DNA from: Candidatus Omnitrophota bacterium
GTDB taxonomy: Bacteria; Omnitrophota; Gorgyraeia; B26-G9
Length of the DNA stretch: 64,000 bases
Assembly (NCBI GenBank): GCA_018813905.1
Contig: JAHJAO010000086.1
Span: 702 to 64,701, forward strand
Reading direction: 5' to 3'
The position numbers and the translations under genes were made by a program. Position 1 is the stretch's first letter. Each line of letters starts with the position of its first letter. Shown here piece by piece: positions 30,063-39,993 of the stretch. The notes beneath the pieces were generated by a model. That model worked only from the letters and a program-made list of their open reading frames with translations, did not search any database and was not told the origin of the DNA.

Positions 30063-30502
30063 TTTAGACCTCTTTTCGATTTAGCCGGTATCCACTCGTC
30101 CAGTTCCAATATGCGCATGTGCACGGTATTATTTTCCGTTATCTTGACGTGCGCTTGTTGGCCGAGGGTAACAATGCCGTGCCAGATACCTTTTTTAAGC
30201 ACAATGGGTTTATCCAAGATAAATGCCTCAATATCCCGCGGCTTTTTCTGGGTAGAAACATAAAGAATTGATTTTCCCTTTACCGGTTCAAAACTCTCCA
30301 TGGAATAAGGATGCCGCTCTAACCGGTTGATCCGCTTCTCGCGCACAATAAGGTAGGCAATGCGCCAGCCTGTGACTTTAGCATCATTTACTACAATCCG
30401 GAACTGATTTTTGCTTTTTTTATTCTCTGGCCCCTGCCATTCGATAACCCAGCCGAATTTTTTAAAATTATTTTTGTTTATCTTCTTTGCCGTTATGTTC
30501 AT
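30059..30502 (-). CDS. ureidoglycolate lyase (AllA)-like cupin protein
   Basis: NFKKFGWVI, LERHPYSMESFEP, LKKGIWH motifs. Confidence 0.75.
   Translation of the reverse strand: MNITAKKINKNNFKKFGWVIEWQGPENKKSKNQFRIVVNDAKVTGWRIAYLIVREKRINRLERHPYSMESFEPVKGKSILYVSTQKKPRDIEAFILDKPIVLKKGIWHGIVTLGQQAHVKITENNTVHMRILELDEWIPAKSKRGLK
30105..30165. repeat. 61-bp exact direct repeat, copy 2 (inside allA-like gene)
   Basis: Identical to 26204-26264. Confidence 0.97.
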
Positions 30503-32445
30503 CTTCCCTTTTTCCCTTTTGTAAAGTTCAATAATCCCCCGGCTTTTATAATTTCCTTTTGACGCGCGCTTAAAACATAGCTCAGCTCAAACTCTATCTT
30601 CTTCGTATCGTCTTGAATTACGATATTCCTGTTTTTATTCAAACACTTAAAAATGTCCGATATGGTAATTACGTCGTATTTTTCGATCCGGTCATAATCA
30701 TGCTTTCTAGCAAATACTAGCGGCAGAATGCCGAAATTCACTAGATTCGCCGCGTGAATACGTTCGAACGATTTGGCAAAAACCGCTTTTACCCCTAAAT
30801 ACATCGGGCACATGGCCGCATGCTCCCGGCTTGAACCTTGGCCGTAACTTTCACCGGCTAAAATAAAGGCGGCTTTCTTTTTCGCCTTTAATTTAAGCGC
30901 CCGACAGGCAAAATCAGGATCAATTTCTTTAAACACAAATTCGGAATACTTTTCTACGTTGGAACGGTATTTAAGATAAGACCCCGCGGGCATAATATGG
31001 TCGGTAGTAATTTTATCTGCGACTTTAATGGCGATATTACCCGTTAATTTATCTAAAAGAGGCGTATTTTTCGGCGGCGTGCCGATGTTTGGGCCGCGGT
31101 AAATAGTGACACTAGAAGAAACTTTCTGGTTTTGGATAATCATGCGATCATCGATATCAAATTTATCCGGCATTTTAAAACGGGGGATATCTTTACCCTC
31201 TTTATCCCATGGGTTTGCAATTCGCCCGGTGATCGCGGAAAAAGCCGCGGTTTCCGGCGATACCAAATACACTTTTGCTGATTTTGTACCGCTGCGGCCT
31301 TCGAAATTACGGTTACTTGTACGCAGGGATATTGCGTTTGTCTTTGGCGCCTGGCCAATGCCGATACAAAATCCGCATACGCTTTCCATTATTCTCGCAC
31401 CGCTATCGATTAAGCTGGATAAGGTACCATTTTTGGAAATCATGGACAAGACCTGACGCGAACCGGGCGCTATCGCCAAAGACACGTCCGGATGCACTGT
31501 TTTTCCTTCCAGGATTTTACCCGCCACCATTAAATCCCGTAACGAAGAATTAGTACAGCTGCCGATAATAACCTGATCCACTTTTTCTCCGGCTACTTTT
31601 TTTATGGGCACGACATTTCCCGGTGAATGCGGTAAGCTGGCCATAGGCACAATTTTCGACAAGTCGACGGTTAGTGTCTTTGCATACTCGCACTGGGCAT
31701 CTGCGGACAACTGCTGCCAATCCTTCTTTCTGTCTTGCGCTATCAAAAACTGCCGCGTTATTTCATCGGAAGGAAAAATGCTTGTAGTCACCCCGGTTTC
31801 CGCGCCCATATTCGCAATGGTCGCACGTTCCGGCACAGAAAGAGTCCTTACGCCCTCGCCGCAATATTCCAGCACGTTATTCACGTTGCCCTTTGTGGAC
31901 AGGATGCTTAAAATATAAAGAATAACATCTTTTGCCGAGACCCAACTGCGTAATTTGCCCTCCAGTTCGACCCGGATAACCCGGGGCACGGTAAGATAAA
32001 ACGCACTTCCGCTCATGGCCACGGCGACATCCAATCCCCCCGCCCCAATAGCGAGCATACCGATACCGCCCGCGGTCGGAGTATGGCTATCCGAACCGAG
32101 CAATGTCTTGCCCGGCTTGGCAAACCGCTCAAGATGCACCTGATGGCAAATACCGTTTCCCGCTCTTGAGAATTTAATCCCGTATTTTGCCGCTACGGTC
32201 TGTAAGTACCGGTGGTCGTCCGCATTTTCAAAACCAACCTGGAGCGTATTATGGTCCACATAGCTTACGGACAGCTCCGTCTTAATGCGCGGTATCGCCA
32301 TAGCTTCAAATTGTAAATAGGCCATGGTTCCGGTCGCGTCCTGAGTCAGGGTCTGGTCGATTTTAATCCCGATTTCTTCCCCTGACGCTAATTTCCCGGA
32401 GACGAGATGATTTTTTAAAATTTTATAAGTTAGGTTAAGTCCCAT
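30499..32445 (-). CDS. aconitate hydratase (compact single-chain type)
   Basis: QDATGTMA, DHN, GICHQVH, GSDSHT, IGSCTNS, CGFCIG, NRNFEGR, TTDHI, YGQGSSREHAA. Confidence 0.92.
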   Translation of the reverse strand: MGLNLTYKILKNHLVSGKLASGEEIGIKIDQTLTQDATGTMAYLQFEAMAIPRIKTELSVSYVDHNTLQVGFENADDHRYLQTVAAKYGIKFSRAGNGICHQVHLERFAKPGKTLLGSDSHTPTAGGIGMLAIGAGGLDVAVAMSGSAFYLTVPRVIRVELEGKLRSWVSAKDVILYILSILSTKGNVNNVLEYCGEGVRTLSVPERATIANMGAETGVTTSIFPSDEITRQFLIAQDRKKDWQQLSADAQCEYAKTLTVDLSKIVPMASLPHSPGNVVPIKKVAGEKVDQVIIGSCTNSSLRDLMVAGKILEGKTVHPDVSLAIAPGSRQVLSMISKNGTLSSLIDSGARIMESVCGFCIGIGQAPKTNAISLRTSNRNFEGRSGTKSAKVYLVSPETAAFSAITGRIANPWDKEGKDIPRFKMPDKFDIDDRMIIQNQKVSSSVTIYRGPNIGTPPKNTPLLDKLTGNIAIKVADKITTDHIMPAGSYLKYRSNVEKYSEFVFKEIDPDFACRALKLKAKKKAAFILAGESYGQGSSREHAAMCPMYLGVKAVFAKSFERIHAANLVNFGILPLVFARKHDYDRIEKYDVITISDIFKCLNKNRNIVIQDDTKKIEFELSYVLSARQKEIIKAGGLLNFTKGKKGR

Positions 32446-32478
32446 TACGCTTTTTCCTTTCTTATTTGTTTTTTAAAA

Positions 32479-33435
32479 CTATAACCTTACAAGTTTCGGT
32501 TTTCCGCGTTCGTTCACGATAAAAATCACCCGCATATGCATCTGCGGCATTTGTTTTAAAAAATCTTGCGTCTTATCTTTTCCCATCACAAAAAAAGCCG
32601 TGGCAAACACGTCCGCATCTAGAGCCTTGCCGGATATAACCGTAACACTCAAAATGTTATCCGCCTCTGCGGATACGGCGATGCTCTCTGACGCCGGATT
32701 TACGATATGCTTTTTTATATAATTGCCGGACGTCGTCACCGCGCGGTTTTTAAGGTTAAACGGTTCAATTATCTCCTCGTGCCTTAGCGGATTTCTTATG
32801 CCCACCCGCCAGAGGCGTCCGGCCGCGTTCAGACCGTGCGCATACACGTCGCCGCCGATATCCACAAGAAAATTCTCTATTCCCGCATCTTCAAAGTACT
32901 CAATAACTTTATCCAGGCAAAATCCGGCCGCGATACCACCCAAGTCGATTTTTGCATTAGGCTCTTTAAAATAAACCGTCCTTTCGTTTTTATCCAAGAC
33001 AATACTACCATATCCGCCTTTTCGCTGTAAAGAGGTAGCTGTAACATCAAACGTTCCGTGCGTAATTTCAGCATAATAAACCGCCTTATCGATTATTTCA
33101 AACATATCACTGCTTACCCGAACCGGTTCTAACATCGCTCGCCTGTTGATAAAGCTTAATTCACTCTCTTTTTCATAAAAATTAAACATCCGGTCATACT
33201 TTTTTATAAGCGAAAACGCCTCTTTTAAATAATTCGCCGCGCCCGGAGACTTAGAAACAACCGTCACGCGCACTTCGGTTCCCATTAGAATCATCTTCCG
33301 GTTTAAAACGGTATCGGTTTTCGCGCAGCGGGACAAGCTCACCGCACAAACAGAAATAAACAGAACTATAAAAATGGATCTTGCTTTTAAACGGTGTGTT
33401 TTAACTGGAAAGATAGGCAATATTTTTTTTGACAC
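32479..33435 (-). CDS. apbE: FAD:protein FMN transferase (ApbE family), atypical
   Basis: MGT, SELSFIN, GTFDVT, IDLGGIAAG, DIGGD, WRVGIRNP, TTSGNY, SVTVI, DADVFATA. Confidence 0.85.
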   Translation of the reverse strand: MSKKILPIFPVKTHRLKARSIFIVLFISVCAVSLSRCAKTDTVLNRKMILMGTEVRVTVVSKSPGAANYLKEAFSLIKKYDRMFNFYEKESELSFINRRAMLEPVRVSSDMFEIIDKAVYYAEITHGTFDVTATSLQRKGGYGSIVLDKNERTVYFKEPNAKIDLGGIAAGFCLDKVIEYFEDAGIENFLVDIGGDVYAHGLNAAGRLWRVGIRNPLRHEEIIEPFNLKNRAVTTSGNYIKKHIVNPASESIAVSAEADNILSVTVISGKALDADVFATAFFVMGKDKTQDFLKQMPQMHMRVIFIVNERGKPKLVRL

Positions 33436-33444
33436 AACCTGAAT

Positions 33445-34365
33445 TTATTTTTTTAAGCGGCTGAATGTGTCCTTTACTGATTGCGCATAGTTGGACAGTT
33501 GCTTTTGTTCTTTGGGATTGAGTTTTACCTGAATAATTTCTTCAATTCCGTTTCTGCCGAGTTTTACGGGAACGCCGATGCAGATATCTTTTAAGTTATA
33601 CTCGCCGGAAAGCCAAACGCAGGCGGGAACAACTTTTTGCTCGTTTTTTAAGATAGCCTTAACCATCAAAAAAACCGCGGCCGAAGGAGCGTAATAAGCG
33701 CTGCCTTTGCCCAAAAGGGAAACGATTTCCGCGCCACGTTTTATCGTGTTCTCGACAATCAGATCTAATTTCTCCCGGGATAAAAGTTCCAAAACACCGA
33801 TACCGTTTACCGTACAATAACGCAACAGCGGCATCATCGCCTCGCCATGCGCGCCGATAACCAGCGTTTTAACCGATTCTGCACTAACATTCAACTCCTG
33901 GGCGATAAGATTAGAGAACCGGGAAGCATCCAACACTCCGCCCATTCCCATCACTCTCTTCGGATTAAAATTGCTTTCTTTTAAAGCCACGTAGGTGAGA
34001 ATATCCAAAGGGTTAGTGACCATAATCAAGATGCAATCGCGGGCATACTTTGCCACTTCCTTAACCACCTGCCTGGTGATAGAAACATTTTTCTTTAATA
34101 AATCTTCTCTGGTCATGCCCGGCTGCCGGGGAAAACCCGCCGTAACTACGACAATATCGGAGGCGCAAATCTTTTTATAATCGCCGGTGCCTTCCACTTT
34201 TGCCGTGATGGAGGTAAGTGATTTGGCATCCGCTAAATCCAATGCCTTTGCCCGAGCCATGCCGGAAGCAATATCCACCAGCACCACATCACATAAATCC
34301 GCCTCGACAATCCTCTGGGCTAAAGTTCCGCCTACATTACCGGCGCCGATTACCGCTACTTTCAT
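33445..34365 (-). CDS. mdh: malate dehydrogenase (LDH-like)
   Basis: [49 protein letters not shown]. Confidence 0.93.
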   Translation of the reverse strand: MKVAVIGAGNVGGTLAQRIVEADLCDVVLVDIASGMARAKALDLADAKSLTSITAKVEGTGDYKKICASDIVVVTAGFPRQPGMTREDLLKKNVSITRQVVKEVAKYARDCILIMVTNPLDILTYVALKESNFNPKRVMGMGGVLDASRFSNLIAQELNVSAESVKTLVIGAHGEAMMPLLRYCTVNGIGVLELLSREKLDLIVENTIKRGAEIVSLLGKGSAYYAPSAAVFLMVKAILKNEQKVVPACVWLSGEYNLKDICIGVPVKLGRNGIEEIIQVKLNPKEQKQLSNYAQSVKDTFSRLKK

Positions 34366-35456
34366 AATTTTTCTTTCACTTTCTTTATAATCGCGTCCGT
34401 CATCTCTTTTGTGCCTACCGCGGTCGGATCATCACGGCTCTCTTTAAAATCATATGTTACGAATTTTCCTTCTTTGATAACTTCAGCTACCGCTTGCTCT
34501 AAAATTCGCGCAAGTTTCTCTTCTTTCAAATGCTCCAGCATCAACACCCCGGATAAAATCATGGCTACCGGACTAACTTTGTTTTTTCCCTTGTATTTGG
34601 GCGCGCTGCCGTGCGTCGCTTCGAACAAAGCGCCGCGTTCACCGATATTAGCTCCCGGAGCAACCCCCAGCCCGCCAACCAAACCAGCGCATAAATCAGA
34701 AATTATATCTCCATACAGATTGGGCAAGACCAAAACATCATAAATCTCGGGCTTCTGAACCAGCTGCATGCACATGTTGTCTACGATGCGGTCCTCAAAC
34801 TCCACTTTATTTTCGTATTTGAGCGCGACCTCCCGCGCAACCTTTAGAAATAAACCGTCCGTATGCTTCATGATATTTGCCTTATGCACGGCCGTAACCT
34901 TTCGGCGTTTGTGCGCCAACGCATATTCAAAAGCGAACTTTACGATACGTTCTGTCCCGGAAATTGACATCGGCTTGATACTGAGCCCGGAGTCTTGCCG
35001 GATGACGCTTTTAGAAAGCGCGTTAATTTTTTCGATTAATTCCCGGGTGGACTTCTGATTCACTTCGAATTCGATACCTGCGTATAAATCCTCCGTATTT
35101 TCCCGGACGACTACGAGATCGATATTCTGATAGCGGGATCTTACTCCCGGATATGACTTACAAGGACGCACACAGGCATAAAGATCCAAGGATTTGCGCA
35201 AGGCGACATTTATGGACCGAAATCCACTGCCTACCGGGGTAGTGATCGGGCCCTTTATCGCCGTTTTGTTTTTTGTTATCGAATCCAGAACCAATTTTGG
35301 CAGAAGCTCCCCTGTTTTCTCAAGCGCCTCGGGCCCGGCAATAACCTCTTCAAATTCAATATCCACACCCGTCGCTTTTATGCAACGCCGCGCGGAATTA
35401 GCTACTTCCGGACCAATGCCATCGCCGGGGATAAAAGTGACTTTATACTTTGCCAA
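34362..35456 (-). CDS. icd: isocitrate dehydrogenase (isocitrate/isopropylmalate dehydrogenase family)
   Basis: [60 protein letters not shown]; clustered with mdh and aconitase. Confidence 0.85.
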   Translation of the reverse strand: MAKYKVTFIPGDGIGPEVANSARRCIKATGVDIEFEEVIAGPEALEKTGELLPKLVLDSITKNKTAIKGPITTPVGSGFRSINVALRKSLDLYACVRPCKSYPGVRSRYQNIDLVVVRENTEDLYAGIEFEVNQKSTRELIEKINALSKSVIRQDSGLSIKPMSISGTERIVKFAFEYALAHKRRKVTAVHKANIMKHTDGLFLKVAREVALKYENKVEFEDRIVDNMCMQLVQKPEIYDVLVLPNLYGDIISDLCAGLVGGLGVAPGANIGERGALFEATHGSAPKYKGKNKVSPVAMILSGVLMLEHLKEEKLARILEQAVAEVIKEGKFVTYDFKESRDDPTAVGTKEMTDAIIKKVKEKL

Positions 35457-35498
35457 CTGTTCTCCTTTGCGAAAATAATTTGGGATTTGAAATTTATA

Positions 35499-36662
35499 TT
35501 ATAACTTCCTTACCCATTCTTCAATTCTATCTAAGCCTTTAGTTATCTGTTCCATGCTTGTGGCAAAACTTAAGCGGATATATTTGTCGTCGCCAAAGCC
35601 GACGCCGGGCACAACCGCTACCCGGGCCTCATCTAACAGGCGTGCGGCAAAAGTAACGGAGTCAAGACCGACCCGGGATATGTTAGAAAAGGCATAAAAC
35701 GCCCCTTGCGGGCAGAAGACGCTCATATTTTTCATGTTAGAGATGCGTTCGACTAAATAATCACGCCGTTTTAAAAATTCATCCCGCATCTTATTTACAA
35801 AATCGTCCGGCCCCTCGAGCGCCGTCACCGCCGCGGCCTGGGCAATGGAATTAGGACAAGAAGTGGAATGATCCTGCAAATTCGATATTTTCTCGACCGG
35901 CTCCTTTGGTCCCGCCAAATAACCGATTCTCCAGCCGGTCATTGAATACGCTTTAGAAAGGCCGTTTACGGTGAAAGTCCGCTTGTAGACTTCCTTATCC
36001 AAGCCGGCTATTGAATAATGACGCGCATCACCATAGATAAGCTTTTCATAGATCTCATCGCTTATGACAAAAATATCTTCTTTTGCGGCAATACGCGCAA
36101 TCTCCAAAAGTTCTTCTTTTGTGTAAACAGCGCCCGTGGGGTTGGAAGGAGAGTTTATAATAACCGCTTTTGTCTTTTTTGTAAGCGCGGCTTGTAATTT
36201 TTTCGGTGTGATTTTAAATCCGTCTTTTTCGCCTGTTCCAACAAATACCGGAGTTGCTTCGGCAACCTTGACCATCTCCGGGTATGAAACCCAGTAAGGT
36301 GCGGGAATTATTACTTCATCACCCCGCTCGCAGAGAACTTGAAAGATACTGTAGAGGGCATGCTTTGCGCCGCAAGACACTACAATCTGTTCCGGACGGT
36401 AATGCAGAAGATTGTCGCGTTCTAACTTACCGATTATCGCCTCTTTTAAAGCCGCGGTGCCGGTAGAAGGGGTATATTTGGTCATTCCCTGCTGAAGTGC
36501 ACATACCGCTGCGTCTTTTATGTATTGCGGCGTATCAAAATCCGGTTCTCCCGCGCCAAAGCTTACGACATCCACACCGCTTTTTTTCAATTGCTTTGCT
36601 TTGTTTGTAATTTGCAGCGTAGGAGATGAGGACAGACTTTTAACCCGGCCGGCAAGTTTCAT
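35499..36662 (-). CDS. aspC: aspartate aminotransferase (class I PLP aminotransferase)
   Basis: GEPDFDTP, PYWVSY, NSPSNPTG, SDEIYE, SKAYSMTGWRIG. Confidence 0.88.
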   Translation of the reverse strand: MKLAGRVKSLSSSPTLQITNKAKQLKKSGVDVVSFGAGEPDFDTPQYIKDAAVCALQQGMTKYTPSTGTAALKEAIIGKLERDNLLHYRPEQIVVSCGAKHALYSIFQVLCERGDEVIIPAPYWVSYPEMVKVAEATPVFVGTGEKDGFKITPKKLQAALTKKTKAVIINSPSNPTGAVYTKEELLEIARIAAKEDIFVISDEIYEKLIYGDARHYSIAGLDKEVYKRTFTVNGLSKAYSMTGWRIGYLAGPKEPVEKISNLQDHSTSCPNSIAQAAAVTALEGPDDFVNKMRDEFLKRRDYLVERISNMKNMSVFCPQGAFYAFSNISRVGLDSVTFAARLLDEARVAVVPGVGFGDDKYIRLSFATSMEQITKGLDRIEEWVRKL

Positions 36663-36680
36663 CTTTACTATTTAATACTC

Positions 36681-37310
36681 TTAGTCTTTTGGTTTCTTTA
36701 AAAATTTACGCAACCCGCCTAAAAATCCTTTTTGCTCGTCTTTCTTCTTTTGCGCCTGTTTTTCCTCTTTTCCGGAAGCCGCATGTTCCGGTTTCTTTAT
36801 AGCATCCGCGGTTTTTTCTTCTTTCTTTTCCTCAAGAACTTCAGCCTCTTCTATTTCTTTCGGCTCTTTTTGTTTTAGAGCCGACTTTACTTCCTTTTTT
36901 GGCTCTTTTCTATCCTTAACTTCTTTTTTGCCTTTTTTCTCTTCTTTTTTTTCTTTTTGTTCTACAAGCTCCAAGATCGCCAGCCTCGCATTATCGCCCC
37001 GCCGGTTACCAAAATGAACAATCCGCGTATAACCGCCGTTACGTTTTGCAAAGCGGGGGCCGATTTCGCCAAACAACAATTTAACCAGCGCGTGATCGGT
37101 AAGTATTTTAAAAGCCTGGCGCCGGGCAGAAAGTGTATCTTGCCGACCCAAGGTAATAAGCCGTTCCGCGAGCTTTCTCGCTTCCTTGGCCAGCGCTAAA
37201 TTCGTGTTAATTTTCTCTTTTACAAGCAGGCTCTTAACCACATTCTTCAAAACCGCCCTGCGGTGAGCGCTTTGCCTGCTTAACCTCTTACTATTTTTCC
37301 TATGGCGCAT
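36681..37310 (-). CDS. rplQ: 50S ribosomal protein L17 with long C-terminal extension
   Basis: MRHRK, AERLITLG, RNGGYTRI, RRGDNA; about 90 extra Lys/Glu-rich residues. Confidence 0.96.
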   Translation of the reverse strand: MRHRKNSKRLSRQSAHRRAVLKNVVKSLLVKEKINTNLALAKEARKLAERLITLGRQDTLSARRQAFKILTDHALVKLLFGEIGPRFAKRNGGYTRIVHFGNRRGDNARLAILELVEQKEKKEEKKGKKEVKDRKEPKKEVKSALKQKEPKEIEEAEVLEEKKEEKTADAIKKPEHAASGKEEKQAQKKKDEQKGFLGGLRKFLKKPKD

Positions 37311-37315
37311 AACGA

Positions 37316-38302
37316 TTATTCCTTCTTATTTAAAAGGTCATCTATCTTCATGCCGAAAGATAACCCCATTGCCTGCAATATTAAGTTAATTTCGGCAAGA
37401 GATTTCTTCCCGAAATTGCGGTACTTAAGCATCTCCAGCTCCGTCTTTCTTACCAATTCCCCGACCACTTTAATTTTCGCTTCTTTAAGACAATTCGCGC
37501 TTCTCACCGACAAATCCAGCTCGGCTACCGGCATCTTCAGCTTTTCTAGAAACTCTTCATCCACGCCCGCTTTTTCTTCCTCTATTTCTTCCTCTTCGAT
37601 ATGGCCGAACTTCATAAAAATATCCAGGTGCCGCTGCGCGATATGTGCGGCATGCAGCAGGGCATCTTTCGGGTTAATACTGCCGTTGGTCCAAATTTCC
37701 AAAATCAGCCGGTCATAATCGGTTATTTGTCCGACGCGCGCATTTTCCACGTTAAAGTTTATTTTGGTAACCGGGGTATAAACAGCGTCCATTTTGATCA
37801 CACCAATAGTCTTCTCTTCCTCTTTCATCCTGTCTACGGGAACATAGCCGCGGCCTTTGGTTATGGTTAATTCCATGTTTAATTTAGCATCTTTCGCCAA
37901 AGTAGCAATATGCAAGTCCGGATTTACAATTTCCACGGTTTCATCAACGATTAAGTCACCGGCTGTGACTTCCTGCTTCTTCTCCGCTTTAATGTAAATA
38001 ACTTTTGGTGTCGTGCCATGCGTTTTTAAAACCAGTTTTTTTAAATTCAATATTATCTGGGATACATCTTCCAAGACTCCATCCACCGTGGAGAACTCAT
38101 GCTGTACGCCGGCAATCTTTACGGCGCTTACCGCGGCGCCTTCTATAGAAGAAAGCAGAACCCGTCTTAAGGTATTGCCGATTGTAATACCAAAACCCCG
38201 TTCAAAAGGATCCGCAATAAACTTCCCATATGTGCTCGTAAGGGTCGTTTCATCACAAACTATATTTTTTGGCATTTGAAAATCTTTCCAGCGCGCTCCC
38301 AT
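37316..38302 (-). CDS. rpoA: RNA polymerase subunit alpha
   Basis: PFERGFGITIGNTLRRVLLSS, LSVRSANCL, NFGKKSL. Confidence 0.98.
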   Translation of the reverse strand: MGARWKDFQMPKNIVCDETTLTSTYGKFIADPFERGFGITIGNTLRRVLLSSIEGAAVSAVKIAGVQHEFSTVDGVLEDVSQIILNLKKLVLKTHGTTPKVIYIKAEKKQEVTAGDLIVDETVEIVNPDLHIATLAKDAKLNMELTITKGRGYVPVDRMKEEEKTIGVIKMDAVYTPVTKINFNVENARVGQITDYDRLILEIWTNGSINPKDALLHAAHIAQRHLDIFMKFGHIEEEEIEEEKAGVDEEFLEKLKMPVAELDLSVRSANCLKEAKIKVVGELVRKTELEMLKYRNFGKKSLAEINLILQAMGLSFGMKIDDLLNKKE

Positions 38303-38346
38303 AAATACCTCCTTAAAGATCTAATAGACCAATATAAAAAAATTTA

Positions 38347-38976
38347 TTATTTCGAATACAACTCTACAATCAGCTGTTCCTGTACCGAAAAAGGAACATC
38401 CCCTCTTGCCGGCAAAGCAATGGTTTCCGCCTTTAAATTAGCTGCGTCCACTTTTAACCAGGGTGGAACGATTCGGTCTTTGGTAACTTCTAAGTTTTCC
38501 TTTATAAGTTTAATCAGTGTTACTTTGCCCCGCAACTGAATCTTTTCTCCCGCGCTTACCTGATACGACGGGATATCAACCTTGCGGCCTTCCACTAATA
38601 CATGACCATAACGGACAAACTGGCGACCTTGGGCTAAAGATGCGGCAAACCCGCAGCGAAAAACCACATTATCCAGCCGCCGCTCTAACATCTGCAGTAA
38701 TAACTCACCGGTAACTCCTTTGGCTCTTGCCGCATCATGAAAATATTTCCGGAACTGCCGCTCTAAGACACCGTAAATCCTCTTTACCTTCTGTTTTTCC
38801 CTAAGCTGCAAGCCATAATCGGATACTTTTATACGTTTATTCCGGCCATGCTGTCCCGGCGAATAACTGCGCCGACTAAAAGAGCATTTCTCGCTGCTGC
38901 AACGCAATCCTTTGAGAAATAATTTTGCCCCTTCTCTGCGACACATCCTGCATGTTGGTCCAATATAACGTGCCAT
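38347..38976 (-). CDS. rpsD: 30S ribosomal protein S4
   Basis: [30 protein letters not shown]. Confidence 0.98.
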   Translation of the reverse strand: MARYIGPTCRMCRREGAKLFLKGLRCSSEKCSFSRRSYSPGQHGRNKRIKVSDYGLQLREKQKVKRIYGVLERQFRKYFHDAARAKGVTGELLLQMLERRLDNVVFRCGFAASLAQGRQFVRYGHVLVEGRKVDIPSYQVSAGEKIQLRGKVTLIKLIKENLEVTKDRIVPPWLKVDAANLKAETIALPARGDVPFSVQEQLIVELYSK

Positions 38977-39037
38977 TACGCCTCCAAATCTTGTTTGATT
39001 TTAATGCTCTTTTTTATAATTCTGTTTTTGATTTTTT

Positions 39038-39079
39038 TATTTTGAATTTTTAACTTATGATTTATACCTTTTAACTTCC
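39038..39079. repeat. degenerate 7-bp tandem tract between rpsK and rpsD
   Basis: tattttg aattttt aacttat gatttat acctttt aacttcc. Confidence 0.5.
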
Positions 39080-39082
39080 CGG

Positions 39083-39472
39083 CTATACTCTTCTGCGTTT
39101 CGGCGGCCGGCAGCCATTATGCGGAATCGGCGTTACATCTTTAATTAAATTAATCTGTAGTCCCGCTGCCTGTAAAGCGCGGATTGCCGATTCTCTTCCC
39201 GAACCCGGACCTTTAACATAAACGGCTATTTCTTTCATCCCCGTATCTTTTGCCGTCTTAGCCGCTTTAGCGGCGGCCATTTGAGCGGCAAACGGCGTGG
39301 ATTTGCGTGATCCTTTAAACCCGCTAGTGCCGGCGCTTGCCCAAGCAACGGAATTACCTTTTAAATCGGTTATCGTAACTATCGTATTGTTGAATGTCGC
39401 CTGAATATGCGCGATACCCTCCGTCAGGTTGCGTATAATCTTTTTTTTCGATTTAAATTTTTTCTTTGCCAC
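39083..39472 (-). CDS. rpsK: 30S ribosomal protein S11
   Basis: [37 protein letters not shown]; GTG start. Confidence 0.98.
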   Translation of the reverse strand: MAKKKFKSKKKIIRNLTEGIAHIQATFNNTIVTITDLKGNSVAWASAGTSGFKGSRKSTPFAAQMAAAKAAKTAKDTGMKEIAVYVKGPGSGRESAIRALQAAGLQINLIKDVTPIPHNGCRPPKRRRV

Positions 39473-39491
39473 AATTCCTCCTTAAAAACTT

Positions 39492-39869
39492 TTAAGTTGC
39501 CGCTATCTTTTTCATCCCGAGATTGCGCCGCGGCCCTTTACGTGTGCGGGCATTAGTTTTTGTGCGTTGGCCCCGTACCGGCAAACCCCGTTTATGGCGC
39601 ATGCCCCGGTAAGCGCCGATTTCCATCAAGCGTTTAATGTTTTGAGAAATCTCGCGCCGCAAATCCCCTTCAACCTGGTGGTCTTTCTGAATAATTGCGG
39701 CAATCCGTGAAATCTCCGTCTCCGTTAAATCCTTTGCCCGGGTATTGGGATCAACCTTGGCGATACTTAAAATCCTGTTGGAAACAGCTCTGCCAATACC
39801 GTATATATAAGTCAACGCAATCTCTATCCTCTTTTCCTTCGGTAAATCAATACCAACAATTCTCGGCAC
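39492..39869 (-). CDS. rpsM: 30S ribosomal protein S13
   Basis: [32 protein letters not shown]; GTG start. Confidence 0.98.
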   Translation of the reverse strand: MPRIVGIDLPKEKRIEIALTYIYGIGRAVSNRILSIAKVDPNTRAKDLTETEISRIAAIIQKDHQVEGDLRREISQNIKRLMEIGAYRGMRHKRGLPVRGQRTKTNARTRKGPRRNLGMKKIAAT

Positions 39870-39878
39870 AATCTCCTC

Positions 39879-39992
39879 CTACCCTTGTTTTTGCTTGTGT
39901 TTAGGGTTTTTACAAATAACTCTCACAACGTTTTTTCTTTTAATTATGTGGCAGTTTTCACAAATCCTGCGCACGCTGGAACGAACTTTCAT
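39879..39992 (-). CDS. rpmJ: 50S ribosomal protein L36 (zinc-binding type)
   Basis: Manual translation [37 protein letters not shown]; below ORF-track cutoff. Confidence 0.96.
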   Translation of the reverse strand: MKVRSSVRRICENCHIIKRKNVVRVICKNPKHKQKQG

Positions 39993-39993
39993 A

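Larger units (their letters stand above)
26204..30165. mobile_element. inserted AT-rich two-gene islet flanked by direct repeats, no integrase
   Basis: 61-bp flanking duplication; three 60-nt lines I counted inside gave 30-37% GC versus 53% for one ilvB line. Confidence 0.7.

Noticed and set aside
26204-30165. Prophage, IS or CRISPR interpretation of the 61-bp repeat
   Set aside because: Only two copies, derived from coding sequence; no spacers, cas, phage, integrase or transposase genes and no terminal inverted repeats
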